Shown here: positions 18,062-28,408 of the stretch, piece after piece
Layout: the number at the start of each line of letters is the position of its first letter
How positions within the stretch are numbered: the first letter of the stretch is position 1
Assembly (NCBI GenBank): GCA_965224245.1
Contig: OZ245046.1
Location: forward strand, 4,480,001-4,544,000
Direction: 5' to 3'
From: Candidatus Eiseniibacteriota bacterium
GTDB lineage: Bacteria; Eisenbacteria; RBG-16-71-46; CAZAMP01
DNA length: 64,000 nt
Position numbers and translations under genes: made by a program
The notes under the pieces: generated by a model
Told to the model about the DNA's origin: nothing
Databases searched by the model: none
What the model saw: only the letters and a program-made list of their open reading frames with translations

Positions 18062-21000
18062 CTACTTCAGGACCACCATCTTCGTCGCGGCCGAGAACCC
18101 GGCCGACGTGGTCAGCCGTGCCCAGTAGACGCCGCTGGAGATGCGTTCACCGTCGTCGGTGAGACCGTCCCACTCGGCGGTGTACGCACCGACGGGATGC
18201 ACGCCGCTCACGAGCGTGCGAACGAGCCGCCCGGAGACGTCGTAGACGCCGAGCGTGACGAACGCCTCGGTGCCGACGGCGAACCGGACCCGCGTGCGCG
18301 GGTTGAACGGGTTCGGCGCGTTCTGGTAGAGCACCGTTCTCGCGATCGGCGTCGAGACGTCGTCCGCGCCCACGATGATGTGGTCGAACGGCTTCATCAC
18401 GTCCCCCGGGACCTCCATGAACTGGAAGACGTCCTGCATCCGCGTGAGAATCGCGTAGTCGGAGCATGGCTCCCCGTCCCCGGGCACCGATTCCGGGTCC
18501 CCGTCGCCGATCCAGCCCGGCGGCACCTGCCGCAGGAAGTGGAGCGAGAACGCGTCCACCACCGTCCGGTACCCGATGCTGGCCGGGGCCTGCTCGTTGG
18601 ACACGGCCGCGAACGGGGTCTGGATCTCGCCGGCGTCCTGATCCACGTAGATGAGGTCGCCGGCACCGTCGCCGGTCACTCCCAGCACGTCGAACCCCAG
18701 CAGGATGGGACAGCCGTTTCCCCGGAGACCATACGACGTTCCCGGCGGGGTCACGTCGCTGCCGGGGTCGGCGTCCAGCCGCACGCAGAACGACGAATCC
18801 GCCGGAAACGCGACCTCGCGATACGGCGTGCCGAACAGGAACGCACCGCAGAACTGATTCAAGAGCGCCTGGTTGAACGGTCGCGCCGGTCGGTCGAGGA
18901 TCGATGCGATTCCGTTGCCACTGAGCCAGAGTCCGCGGACGAAGTCCGACCCACCCGGACGCGCGACCGCCAGCCACGACGTGAGCAGGTTGGCGTCGCC
19001 GTTGCGGAGGCCCTCCACTCTATTCGTTCCGGTGTTGTAGAGCACCGTGCGGTAGATCAACGACTGGTACTTCGTCATGCCGTTGTCACCGGACGTCTCG
19101 CGCGCCATCGGGGCGGGGATGTTGGCGTTGGCGGCCAGGTAGTCGTATCGATCCCAGTTGTCGTGCACCACGCCGTCGGGGTCGGTTGACGTTCCCAGGA
19201 TCGTACGCAGCCCCTCGTCCTGGATCGGCTCCTGCGCACCCACGTTGTACGCGTCCACGTACAGCACGCACGACGAGAGGAACGGCTCATCGCCCGCCGG
19301 CGCCGTGCTGCCACCGGAGATGATCCCCGGCAGGAGGTCGAACTCCAGGAAGAACCCGCCGGTCGTGTCGGGGACGACCCGTGTGTCGAGCATTCCCATG
19401 TACCGGGAGGAGAAGAAGTACTCCACCGAGCTTCCGGGGGTCAGGACGCCGTCCGGGATGACCTTGAGCCCGTCCGACACGCGATAGGTCGCGTACACGC
19501 CCGACGTGGTGGTCTCGATGACCTCCACCTCCAGGAACGTCGGATCGACCCTGGCGTCGCCGGCCCCGCCCGCGGCCCCCCCGTTCGGGACCAGGACCTC
19601 GTTGACCCCGTCCGACGTCATCGCCGGTCCCGGGTACAGGCGGAAGTTCATGAACACCTGCGGCGTGGGTCCCGGGGCCAGTCCGCTCTCGGAGATGACG
19701 GTCGCCGAGTCGCCCATGTTCGCGTTCGTCTGATCCCCATCGGCGCGGTTGTTGTCGTAGAAGGAGTAGACGTCGCAGGCCGCGGTCGGGAGCAACGAGT
19801 TCTCGGCCGGGTAGGCGTCCTGGTACAGGAGCTCCAGCGACAGCTGAGGCGCGTCGATCGCATCGCCCGCCAGAGCGAACGTGATGTTGTCCCAGTACGG
19901 CGACTGGTTGGTCTGATCGGGTCCGGTGCAGTCCGCGGTGCCGAAGTCGTCGCAGTCCCCGAGGAGCTCGAACACGATCCGCAGGGAGTCCACGCCGTTC
20001 GCGTGTGCGCTCGTCATGAACTCGGAGTTGTCGACACGCAGCGTCGCGCACCTCGAACCCCCGAGCGTCTGGAAGATGTAGCCCCCGTCCCCGGCCGGCT
20101 CGATCGTCCAGCCCACCTGGTCGGTCTCCGGGCACGTCCACGGCCAGTAGTCCATCAGCGCGCGATAGCCGACGCCGTTGGATACCGGGAGATCCTCCCA
20201 GACGTCCCACTCGATGAGGTACACCGGACGGTCGTCGTCCGGTCCGTCGATGTACGCGGGGTTCGATCCGATGAGCTCGTGCTGCTTCTGGGGATGCGGG
20301 AACCCGCCGCTGATCGACCCGTCCCAGTCCGAGGCGATCATGACGTAGTCGTTGTCCGGGTCCTGTGTGATCGGACACACGCACGGGTCGGGAATGGGAT
20401 CGAGATCGCCGAGCGCCACGACCTGTAGGTACGTGCCGATCGCCGGATCGGTGTCGAACTCCCAGCCCTCGGCGTCGATCTCGAAGTCGTCCGCGTCGGA
20501 GAGCCCGACGCCGTTGATGACGAAGTCGTCCATCCCGAACGGGCCGAAGTACGAGTTCAGGAACCCGGAGAACGAGTCGAGGCCGTCGGAGTACAGCGGG
20601 TCGGAATCGAAGTTGAAGATGATCTGGAACGGCTCCCCGGCCCCCGGCGGCAGAAGCGAGACGTCGATCACGATGATGTCGGTGGCCGGTGACGTCGGCG
20701 ATCCGATGGCCGTGCCTTCCTCGTTCGCTCCCGAGTAGCCCCAGCCCTCAGGCGTGGACCACGCCGAGCCGTTCAGGGGCGGGGAACGCACGCCGGCCAC
20801 GTCCGTGTACACGTAGGTGTAGTCGAATTGCGTCTCGCAATCGGTGAAGTAGTCGAACTGGATCGTGACGGTCGAGCTCCCGCCGTACAGGAAGGTCTTC
20901 CGTGCGCTCACCCCCCAGCCGTTGTCATAGCCCAGTCCGCCCGGCCAGCAGCCGGCCGCGGCCTCCTCGTCGTTGGCGCCGGCCCAGAGCGAGCCCACGC

Positions 21001-21391
21001 CGTTCATGACCGGAATCGTGGTCGCCCCGGAGAAGTCGGCCGCCGTGATGCGCCGGAAGTACGTGTCTCCTCCGACCGACGGATCGCCGGGCGGGTCGGC
21101 CTGGCCGACGTCGGTCAGATCCCTGGAGGACCAGCCCTGGAGCGTGCCGTCCTCGAAGTCCCAGATGCCGCCGTCGAAGGCCAGTCCATCGACCCCCTCG
21201 CCTCCGAAGAGCACCGTGTCGGCGGTTCCGCGCGCGACAGCGGACGCCGTCACCGGCGGGGCGTCGAGCGCCGCCCGCTCGTCGCCGACCGGCAGAACCT
21301 GCCGGATCTCGAGCTTGCCGCCCGCGAGCACCGTCGTGGTCAAGCCGGCGACGGCCAGGGAGGCGAGCAGCAGTGTGCGTATCGTACTCAT
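18062..21391 (-). CDS. Large secreted protein with FlgD-Ig/CTD tail (paralogue 2, 1109 aa)
   Basis: Start MSTIRTLLLASLAVAG at 21391 after SD GAGGAG; same collinear motif series as paralogue 1; tail QNAPNPFNP...SGVYWAR...KMVVLK. Confidence 0.88.
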   Translation of the reverse strand: MSTIRTLLLASLAVAGLTTTVLAGGKLEIRQVLPVGDERAALDAPPVTASAVARGTADTVLFGGEGVDGLAFDGGIWDFEDGTLQGWSSRDLTDVGQADPPGDPSVGGDTYFRRITAADFSGATTIPVMNGVGSLWAGANDEEAAAGCWPGGLGYDNGWGVSARKTFLYGGSSTVTIQFDYFTDCETQFDYTYVYTDVAGVRSPPLNGSAWSTPEGWGYSGANEEGTAIGSPTSPATDIIVIDVSLLPPGAGEPFQIIFNFDSDPLYSDGLDSFSGFLNSYFGPFGMDDFVINGVGLSDADDFEIDAEGWEFDTDPAIGTYLQVVALGDLDPIPDPCVCPITQDPDNDYVMIASDWDGSISGGFPHPQKQHELIGSNPAYIDGPDDDRPVYLIEWDVWEDLPVSNGVGYRALMDYWPWTCPETDQVGWTIEPAGDGGYIFQTLGGSRCATLRVDNSEFMTSAHANGVDSLRIVFELLGDCDDFGTADCTGPDQTNQSPYWDNITFALAGDAIDAPQLSLELLYQDAYPAENSLLPTAACDVYSFYDNNRADGDQTNANMGDSATVISESGLAPGPTPQVFMNFRLYPGPAMTSDGVNEVLVPNGGAAGGAGDARVDPTFLEVEVIETTTSGVYATYRVSDGLKVIPDGVLTPGSSVEYFFSSRYMGMLDTRVVPDTTGGFFLEFDLLPGIISGGSTAPAGDEPFLSSCVLYVDAYNVGAQEPIQDEGLRTILGTSTDPDGVVHDNWDRYDYLAANANIPAPMARETSGDNGMTKYQSLIYRTVLYNTGTNRVEGLRNGDANLLTSWLAVARPGGSDFVRGLWLSGNGIASILDRPARPFNQALLNQFCGAFLFGTPYREVAFPADSSFCVRLDADPGSDVTPPGTSYGLRGNGCPILLGFDVLGVTGDGAGDLIYVDQDAGEIQTPFAAVSNEQAPASIGYRTVVDAFSLHFLRQVPPGWIGDGDPESVPGDGEPCSDYAILTRMQDVFQFMEVPGDVMKPFDHIIVGADDVSTPIARTVLYQNAPNPFNPRTRVRFAVGTEAFVTLGVYDVSGRLVRTLVSGVHPVGAYTAEWDGLTDDGERISSGVYWARLTTSAGFSAATKMVVLK

Positions 21392-21672
21392 CGCGTTCTC
21401 CTCGCGTTGTGCTCGATCCGTGAAACGCCACGGGGCGGCGAGTGCCGACGGGCGGCGCGATGCCCAGATCCGGATGCCGATCCTCGGGATGCCGACGAGG
21501 ACGGACGGCGGCGGAGCGTCGAGGCGGGTCGATGCGCGCTTTCGGACCGACGCGAACGCCGGTCGAGTCGTCCCGACATCACGACGCCTCCACCTGACGA
21601 GCTGGCGGGCAGGAGGGACGGGGAGGACGCCCCGGGCTGACAGCGGTTTTGGGAGGATCTCGGTTTCCTGGC

Positions 21673-21702
21673 ATTTTATCCGACGCGCGCGGAGATCGTC
21701 AA
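21673..21702 (-). promoter_or_regulatory. Candidate sigma70 promoter of paralogue 2
   Basis: Minus strand TTGACG-N18-TAAAAT; implies a 5' leader of about 275 nt. Confidence 0.6.
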
Positions 21703-21902
21703 TGTGGTGCGCCGCGATCCGCCGCTCCCGAGCGTGTCGTGGATGAACGACGCCACCGGTGCCGGACGGCTTGGCAGGTCGCCTCCGGACGCGCGACAAT
21801 GGGCGGCAGGCGCGCCGGTGCGACGGCGCTCAGGCGGACGTCCGCGGGACACCCGGGGCGATCGCGCCTCGACACCGCTACAACCCTTCTCGGAGGTCGC
21901 AG

Positions 21903-23270
<1,368 letters not shown>

Positions 23271-23343
23271 TGCGCCGTCGCGGCCGGGCACCGGCGCTCG
23301 CGGCACCCTGGCCCGGAGAGGCTCCACGAGCGCTTCCGCTGCG

Positions 23344-23664
23344 CTACGGGCGCCGCCGGAGCACCTGCATCAGAACGAAGAGCCAGACGTAGCAGATGAG
23401 GAGACCCCACGCCTCGCGGGCCAGCTCGGAGTCGATGCTCCAGCGATCCACGTTCAGGATCGAGATGACCGTCACGACCCCGATCAGCATCGTGCCCCAG
23501 GCGAACGCACGGCCCAGGCGTTCGGCGAAGATCGTGAGCAATGCCGTTCCCAGGTAGTAGGCGATCCACACCGGGGAGTCCGGGTCGTTCAGCTGGACGG
23601 CCGCCGCGACGACGAAGAGACCGACCATGACCCATCGGAGAGCCATGAACCACGGGATGCGCAT
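23344..23664 (-). CDS. Transmembrane-220 family membrane protein
   Basis: Signature AVQLNDPD..VW, C-terminal E..RE..GL, about 4 hydrophobic segments. Confidence 0.7.
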   Translation of the reverse strand: MRIPWFMALRWVMVGLFVVAAAVQLNDPDSPVWIAYYLGTALLTIFAERLGRAFAWGTMLIGVVTVISILNVDRWSIDSELAREAWGLLICYVWLFVLMQVLRRRP

Positions 23665-23763
23665 CGGAGACTCCATCGACGTGAGACGGGCGCGATCGAC
23701 GAGGCCACGACGGTACCAGCGACGGCCGCTCCAGGGGAAGCGCGCGAGATCGGGCACCGACGC

Positions 23764-24444
23764 ATGAACGAGGAATCGCTCTCACTCCACGTCTCGGAGC
23801 CTCCGCGGCAGGTGTCGGCGCTGGAGACCCGCCCTCCGTCGGCCCGGTGGGGGCTGGTCCTCGCGCACGGAGCCGGCGCCGGAATGCAACATGCCTTCAT
23901 GGCGGCGTTGACGGCGCGTCTCGTCGATCGCGGAACGGCCGTGCTCCGCTACCAGTTCCCCTACATGGAGGACGGTCGCCGGCGGCCCGACCCTCCCGCC
24001 CGGCTGATCGACACGGTACGCGGCGCCGTCTCGCTCGCCCGTGAGCGCTTTGCCGGTCTCCCGCTGTTCGCCGGAGGCAAGTCGATGGGCGGCCGGATGA
24101 CGTCCCGGGCCGAGGCGGACCAGCGCCTGCCCGGCGTGTGCGGGCTCGTGTTCGTCGGGTTTCCGCTGCACCCGGCGGACCGCCCCGGCATCGAGCGGGC
24201 CGAGCACCTGTCGCGCGTGGCGGTGCCGACGCTGTTTCTTCAGGGGACGCGCGACAAGCTCGCGTACCTGGATCTCGTGCGGAGCGTCACCGGCGATCTC
24301 GACGGAGCCGAGGTGCACGTGGTGGACGGCGCCGATCACGGCTTCCACGTGCTGAAGCGATCGGGCCGCACCGACGACGACGTGCTCGACGAGCTGGCCG
24401 ACGTCACCGTGGCGTGGATGAGCGCCGTCGCGATCGCTCAGTAG
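23764..24444 (+). CDS. Alpha/beta hydrolase family protein
   Basis: LAHGAGAG, GGKSMGGR (nucleophile Ser), GFPLHP, QGTRD, DGADH. Confidence 0.88.
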   Translation: MNEESLSLHVSEPPRQVSALETRPPSARWGLVLAHGAGAGMQHAFMAALTARLVDRGTAVLRYQFPYMEDGRRRPDPPARLIDTVRGAVSLARERFAGLPLFAGGKSMGGRMTSRAEADQRLPGVCGLVFVGFPLHPADRPGIERAEHLSRVAVPTLFLQGTRDKLAYLDLVRSVTGDLDGAEVHVVDGADHGFHVLKRSGRTDDDVLDELADVTVAWMSAVAIAQ

Positions 24445-24641
24445 TGCGGGGGCGGTGGCTCGTCTCGCGGATCGGGGCGCTCGCCCAGGTCTTCCCCCGC
24501 CACGAGCCCGGCGAGGCGGACCAGCTCGGCGCGCAGCGCGTCGAGGGTGCGCTGCTGATCCACGAGCACCTCGTGAAGTGCCCGGATCGTCTCCGCCTGC
24601 TGGGCGAGCTGGATCTCGATCTCGGTGAGGCGTTCTTCCAC
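24438..24641 (-). CDS. slyX: SlyX family protein
   Basis: EERL.E.EI.LA.Q...I..L..V...QQ coiled coil and C-terminal PPPHY. Confidence 0.88.
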   Translation of the reverse strand: MEERLTEIEIQLAQQAETIRALHEVLVDQQRTLDALRAELVRLAGLVAGEDLGERPDPRDEPPPPHY

Positions 24642-24785
24642 CGATCGCGTCCTCCGTCGCCTGATCCCCTCGGACGCCGGCCGTCCGTGCAGTGGGTCTG
24701 ACCCTAACCCGTCCGAGATCGGATCGACAACGGCAACCGCGCCGGCGCGGCGAGCACACCCCCTCGTCCGTCTACGGGACGACGG

Positions 24786-25304
24786 CTACCCGAGGACGAC
24801 GCGCCACGCCGAGCGGTCCAGCACCTCGCGGTGGACCGTGGCCGTGCGCGGCTCGACGGGGGCCGGATCCCGCCGGATCGCGTCGACCAGCGCCGCCGGA
24901 TCGTCGGCGATCCCGGTCATCATGGCGAGGAACGCGCGATACTGATCGAAGCCCACCGAGTGAAGACGGATCGACGCGTGATCACCGGCGATCTCGTCGA
25001 TCGAGCCACGAAGCTCGATCACGGGCACATCACCGCGTCCCGTGGGGATCGAGAGCCGGATCGGGTCCCCGGCGCGGAGATCGAGCCCCGACGACGGTCG
25101 AACCGCGGCGCCACGGAGGCCGAGCCGCTCGAGCGCCACGTCGATCGACGACGGGCTCGGGGACCCGTCCCGGACGAGGACGGCGGACGCGTGGGTCGGG
25201 AACACGAGATCGCGGGGATCACCGATGGCAACGCTGGAGACGGTCATCGAGAGGTCACTTTCGTGAATGTGGGTGCCGGCGGCAGGAGGTGCGCCGTGAG
25301 TCAT
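24786..25304 (-). CDS. Hypothetical protein (possibly a degenerate PilZ-like beta-barrel); start uncertain
   Basis: Fills the gap between tyrS and slyX on the same strand; pattern GL.GAAV...GDPIRLSI...IELRGSI...ASIRL; no RxxxR motif seen. Confidence 0.5.
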   Translation of the reverse strand: MTHGAPPAAGTHIHESDLSMTVSSVAIGDPRDLVFPTHASAVLVRDGSPSPSSIDVALERLGLRGAAVRPSSGLDLRAGDPIRLSIPTGRGDVPVIELRGSIDEIAGDHASIRLHSVGFDQYRAFLAMMTGIADDPAALVDAIRRDPAPVEPRTATVHREVLDRSAWRVVLG

Positions 25305-25403
25305 GAGGCCGGTATCGGCCACCTGGCCGGTATCTTGAGCGCCTGCGTGGCGATCGGAAGACCGTCGGCGGTGATCGGGCGACCGGCCGCCGACGCTACT
25401 GGA

Positions 25404-26690
25404 TCAGCGCCAGCTGATCGCGTGCCAGGACTTCTTGCCGCGCCTCAGAAGCAGAATGCGTCCGTGCAGGAGATCGTCGGTGGTGATCCGCCGATCGGCG
25501 TCGGCCTTCTCGCCGTTCACGAACACGGCGCCGTTGGCGAGGAACTCGCGCGCCTGCCTCTTGGACGGCGCGAGCGTCGTCTCGGCCAGCACGTCCACCA
25601 GAGACGCGCCGTCACCGGAGAGCTCGGCGGCGTCGTGGGTCGAGTGCGGAACGTCGGCAAACACGTCGGCCAGCATCTCGGCGTCCAGCGCCCGCACGTC
25701 CCCGTGTCCGAACAGCGCGGCCGACGCGGCCTCGGCCCGCGCGAGCTCCTCGGCACCGTGGATGAGCGTGGTCATCTCGCGCGCGAGGGCCTGCTGCGCG
25801 ACGCGGAGGTGCGGCGTCTCGGCGTGTCGGGCCTCGATGGCGGCGATCTCGTCCTGGTCGAGGAACGTGAACCACTTCAACAGACGAACGACGTCGGCGT
25901 CCGCCACGTTGATCCAGTACTGGTAGAACCGATACGGGCTCGTGCGATCCGGCGTGAGCCAGACCGCTCCTCCCTCGGTCTTGCCGATCTTCTTCCCCTC
26001 GCTGTCCAGCAGCAACGACGACGTGATGCCGTACGCGACACCCTTCTCCCCGCCGTCGCGGCGAATGAGATCCATTCCGGCCACGATGTTGCCGTACTGA
26101 TCGGAGCCGGCCACCTGCACCGTGCAGTTCATCGTCCTGAACAGGTGCAGGAAGTCATACGCCTGCAGGATCATGTAGCTGAACTCGGTGTAGCTGATGC
26201 CCTGGTCGCGGTTGTGCAGCCGATCGCGCACCGAGTCCTTCTGGATCATCACGTTGACCGAGAAGTGCTTTCCCACGTCCCGGAGCATGTCGATGAAGCT
26301 GATCCGATCCAGCCAGTCGATGTTGTTGACCATGATCGCGGCGTTGGGGTTCTTCGGATCGAAGTCGAGGCACTTCTCGAAGATCCGCATCTGACCGGCG
26401 ACGTTGATCTCGACCTGATCCCGGCCCATGAGCTGTCGCTCGGCGTCCTTGCCGGACGGATCTCCGATGAGCCCGGTGCCGCCACCCATGACCACAATCG
26501 GCTTGTGGCCCGCCCGCTGCCAGTGCATCAGCACCTTGATGGCGATGAAGTTGCCGATCGTGAGGCTCTCCCGGGTGGGGTCGAATCCGCAGTACGCGAC
26601 CCGACTGCCCGACGCCAGGTGCTCGGCGACATCCGCGCCCGCCGTCTGGTGGAGCATTCCGCGCCACTCCAGTTCCTCGAGAAAGCCCAT
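25404..26690 (-). CDS. tyrS: Tyrosine--tRNA ligase
   Basis: ELEWRG, YCGFDPT..SLTIGN (HIGH equivalent), GDPSGK, EFSY..LQAYDF, GSDQYGN, KIGKT (KMSKS equivalent), C-terminal S4 domain ending RRGKK. Confidence 0.96.
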   Translation of the reverse strand: MGFLEELEWRGMLHQTAGADVAEHLASGSRVAYCGFDPTRESLTIGNFIAIKVLMHWQRAGHKPIVVMGGGTGLIGDPSGKDAERQLMGRDQVEINVAGQMRIFEKCLDFDPKNPNAAIMVNNIDWLDRISFIDMLRDVGKHFSVNVMIQKDSVRDRLHNRDQGISYTEFSYMILQAYDFLHLFRTMNCTVQVAGSDQYGNIVAGMDLIRRDGGEKGVAYGITSSLLLDSEGKKIGKTEGGAVWLTPDRTSPYRFYQYWINVADADVVRLLKWFTFLDQDEIAAIEARHAETPHLRVAQQALAREMTTLIHGAEELARAEAASAALFGHGDVRALDAEMLADVFADVPHSTHDAAELSGDGASLVDVLAETTLAPSKRQAREFLANGAVFVNGEKADADRRITTDDLLHGRILLLRRGKKSWHAISWR

Positions 26691-26827
26691 GCCCATCCTC
26701 TTCGGCCGATCCGTCGGGACGGCGATCGCAACCCGTCTGGCGCGCGCTTGTCCCGGAGAGGCGACATGGTACGGAGCGGGCCCAGACAAGGCAACCGCCT
26801 GGAGACCGGGCGTGGGGGATGGCGGAG

Positions 26828-28408
26828 TCAGTCTCGCTTCACGCGAAGGGTCATCGTCGCGTGTGGATCGAGGTGGGTGGCGCCGAGCTGCATGGTGCCG
26901 GTCGCATCGAAGTTGCGGTTCGTCGTGGCGCCGTAGGCCTCGATCACGAGCATCGCCGCCACCACGACCCCGGCCAGCGTTCGCGCGCGCGGGGCCCGGG
27001 GCCACCGGGCGGAGATCCGGGATCCCACCGCCACGAGCGTGGCCGCCAGCGCCGACGACCACAGCGGTACCAGCACCGCGGACGCGCGCGCGTAGCCCCA
27101 GAACGCGGCCACCACGATCATCGTACACGCGGTCGGAACGAGCACGACGAGCGCCCAGCGACGACCGAGACCCGGCCGGCGAAGCCACCCCACGACACCG
27201 ATCAGGATCAGGGGAACGCTCACCCACATCCCGATCGCGCGGAAAGGAACGAACATGTCGATCGGACGCCGGATCCCGTCCAGACCCCCGGGCCAGTCCC
27301 ACTGCGTCCAGCCCAGACGGAGTACGTCGAGCGTCAGGCGCCACTTCGCGGCCACGAGGGCCAGGAACGCCGCCGGGTCGGACCTGACGAACGCCCACGC
27401 ACGCTCGTGTCCGTGAAGAACCGCGTCCAGGTGATCGGCGTTCCGGAGATTCAGCGTCGCGGCGCCTCCGCTGGTGGCGAGCAGCGATCGCGAGAACGTG
27501 CCGTCGGCCCCGGCATGGTTGGCCAGCGCCAGGTTCAGCGGGCCGTATATCGTGATCGGAACGAGCGTGGGCAGCGGCTCGGCCAGCCGAGGTCCGAGCA
27601 TGCGATTGACCTCGTCGAGGCGCGTGTGGTTCCGGATCGTCCACGGTGCGATCGCGCACGCGGCCGTGACGAGTGCGAGGACCCACGGCAGGAGCCGGCG
27701 TCGCGGGGGAGCGTGCATCGCGCGGGCGGGTCCGCCGGCATCGATCGTGCGGCCCGCGCCGATCGCGCCGACCGTGCCGATCGTGATCATGGCGGCTCCG
27801 ACGAGAGCCGCCTCCGCGCGCACGAGCGCCATCAGACCGACGACGCCCCCGAGCGCGGCGCCCCACGCAGGGGCGTGGCGGCGCGGCTCGTCGGTCGCCG
27901 CCAGCGGGTGGGAGAGGCGCGTCGTCCAGATGGTCAGCGCGAGCATCAGCAACGTCGTGTAGAGGCCCTCGGTGACCGGCGCCACCGAGATGACCGCGTG
28001 TCCGAAGCTGTACGTGACCAGGAGCACCGTCACCCACGCCGTGGTCCGTCCCAGGTAGGCGCGCACGATCACGTGGACGAGGCCCACCGCCACCGACGAG
28101 ATCAGCGCCAGCAACACCTTGACCACCAGGTGCGAGACCTCGGTCGCCGGTGTCCCTGCACCGTCGCCGATCAGCGCGTGGAGCCCGGCGAGCACCACCG
28201 CGAAGCCCGGCGGGTGAAAGGGTACGCCCCCGTCGTACGGGACCCCGGCCAGGATGCTGCGGGCGTAGTCGAAGAAGATCTCGGAGTCGCCCTCGTAGAA
28301 GATCGAGAACCCCCACGCGCGATCACGATTGGACGCGAGGAAGAGCAGGCGGTGGAGCCACGCGAGAAGGATCGAGAGAAGGACGTCCCGGCGAACCGAC
28401 GAACGCAT
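26828..28408 (-). CDS. Polytopic membrane glycosyltransferase (GT-C / ArnT-PMT-like)
   Basis: First loop D...F...A..I followed by FHPPGF, TEGLY, LVR.E, PWTIRN; about 10-12 TM helices; TGATG overlap with the upstream channel gene. Confidence 0.7.
   Translation of the reverse strand: MRSSVRRDVLLSILLAWLHRLLFLASNRDRAWGFSIFYEGDSEIFFDYARSILAGVPYDGGVPFHPPGFAVVLAGLHALIGDGAGTPATEVSHLVVKVLLALISSVAVGLVHVIVRAYLGRTTAWVTVLLVTYSFGHAVISVAPVTEGLYTTLLMLALTIWTTRLSHPLAATDEPRRHAPAWGAALGGVVGLMALVRAEAALVGAAMITIGTVGAIGAGRTIDAGGPARAMHAPPRRRLLPWVLALVTAACAIAPWTIRNHTRLDEVNRMLGPRLAEPLPTLVPITIYGPLNLALANHAGADGTFSRSLLATSGGAATLNLRNADHLDAVLHGHERAWAFVRSDPAAFLALVAAKWRLTLDVLRLGWTQWDWPGGLDGIRRPIDMFVPFRAIGMWVSVPLILIGVVGWLRRPGLGRRWALVVLVPTACTMIVVAAFWGYARASAVLVPLWSSALAATLVAVGSRISARWPRAPRARTLAGVVVAAMLVIEAYGATTNRNFDATGTMQLGATHLDPHATMTLRVKRD

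Noticed and set aside
21392-21902. SAM or other known riboswitch upstream of cbs; cobalamin riboswitch upstream of mutA; T-box upstream of tyrS
   Set aside because: I could not identify the conserved core motifs of these elements by eye; an Rfam scan would settle it.
25307-25334. Direct repeat GGCCGGTATC x2 downstream of tyrS
   Set aside because: Only 10 bp in GC-rich DNA, with no supporting context such as an integrase or att-like partner.
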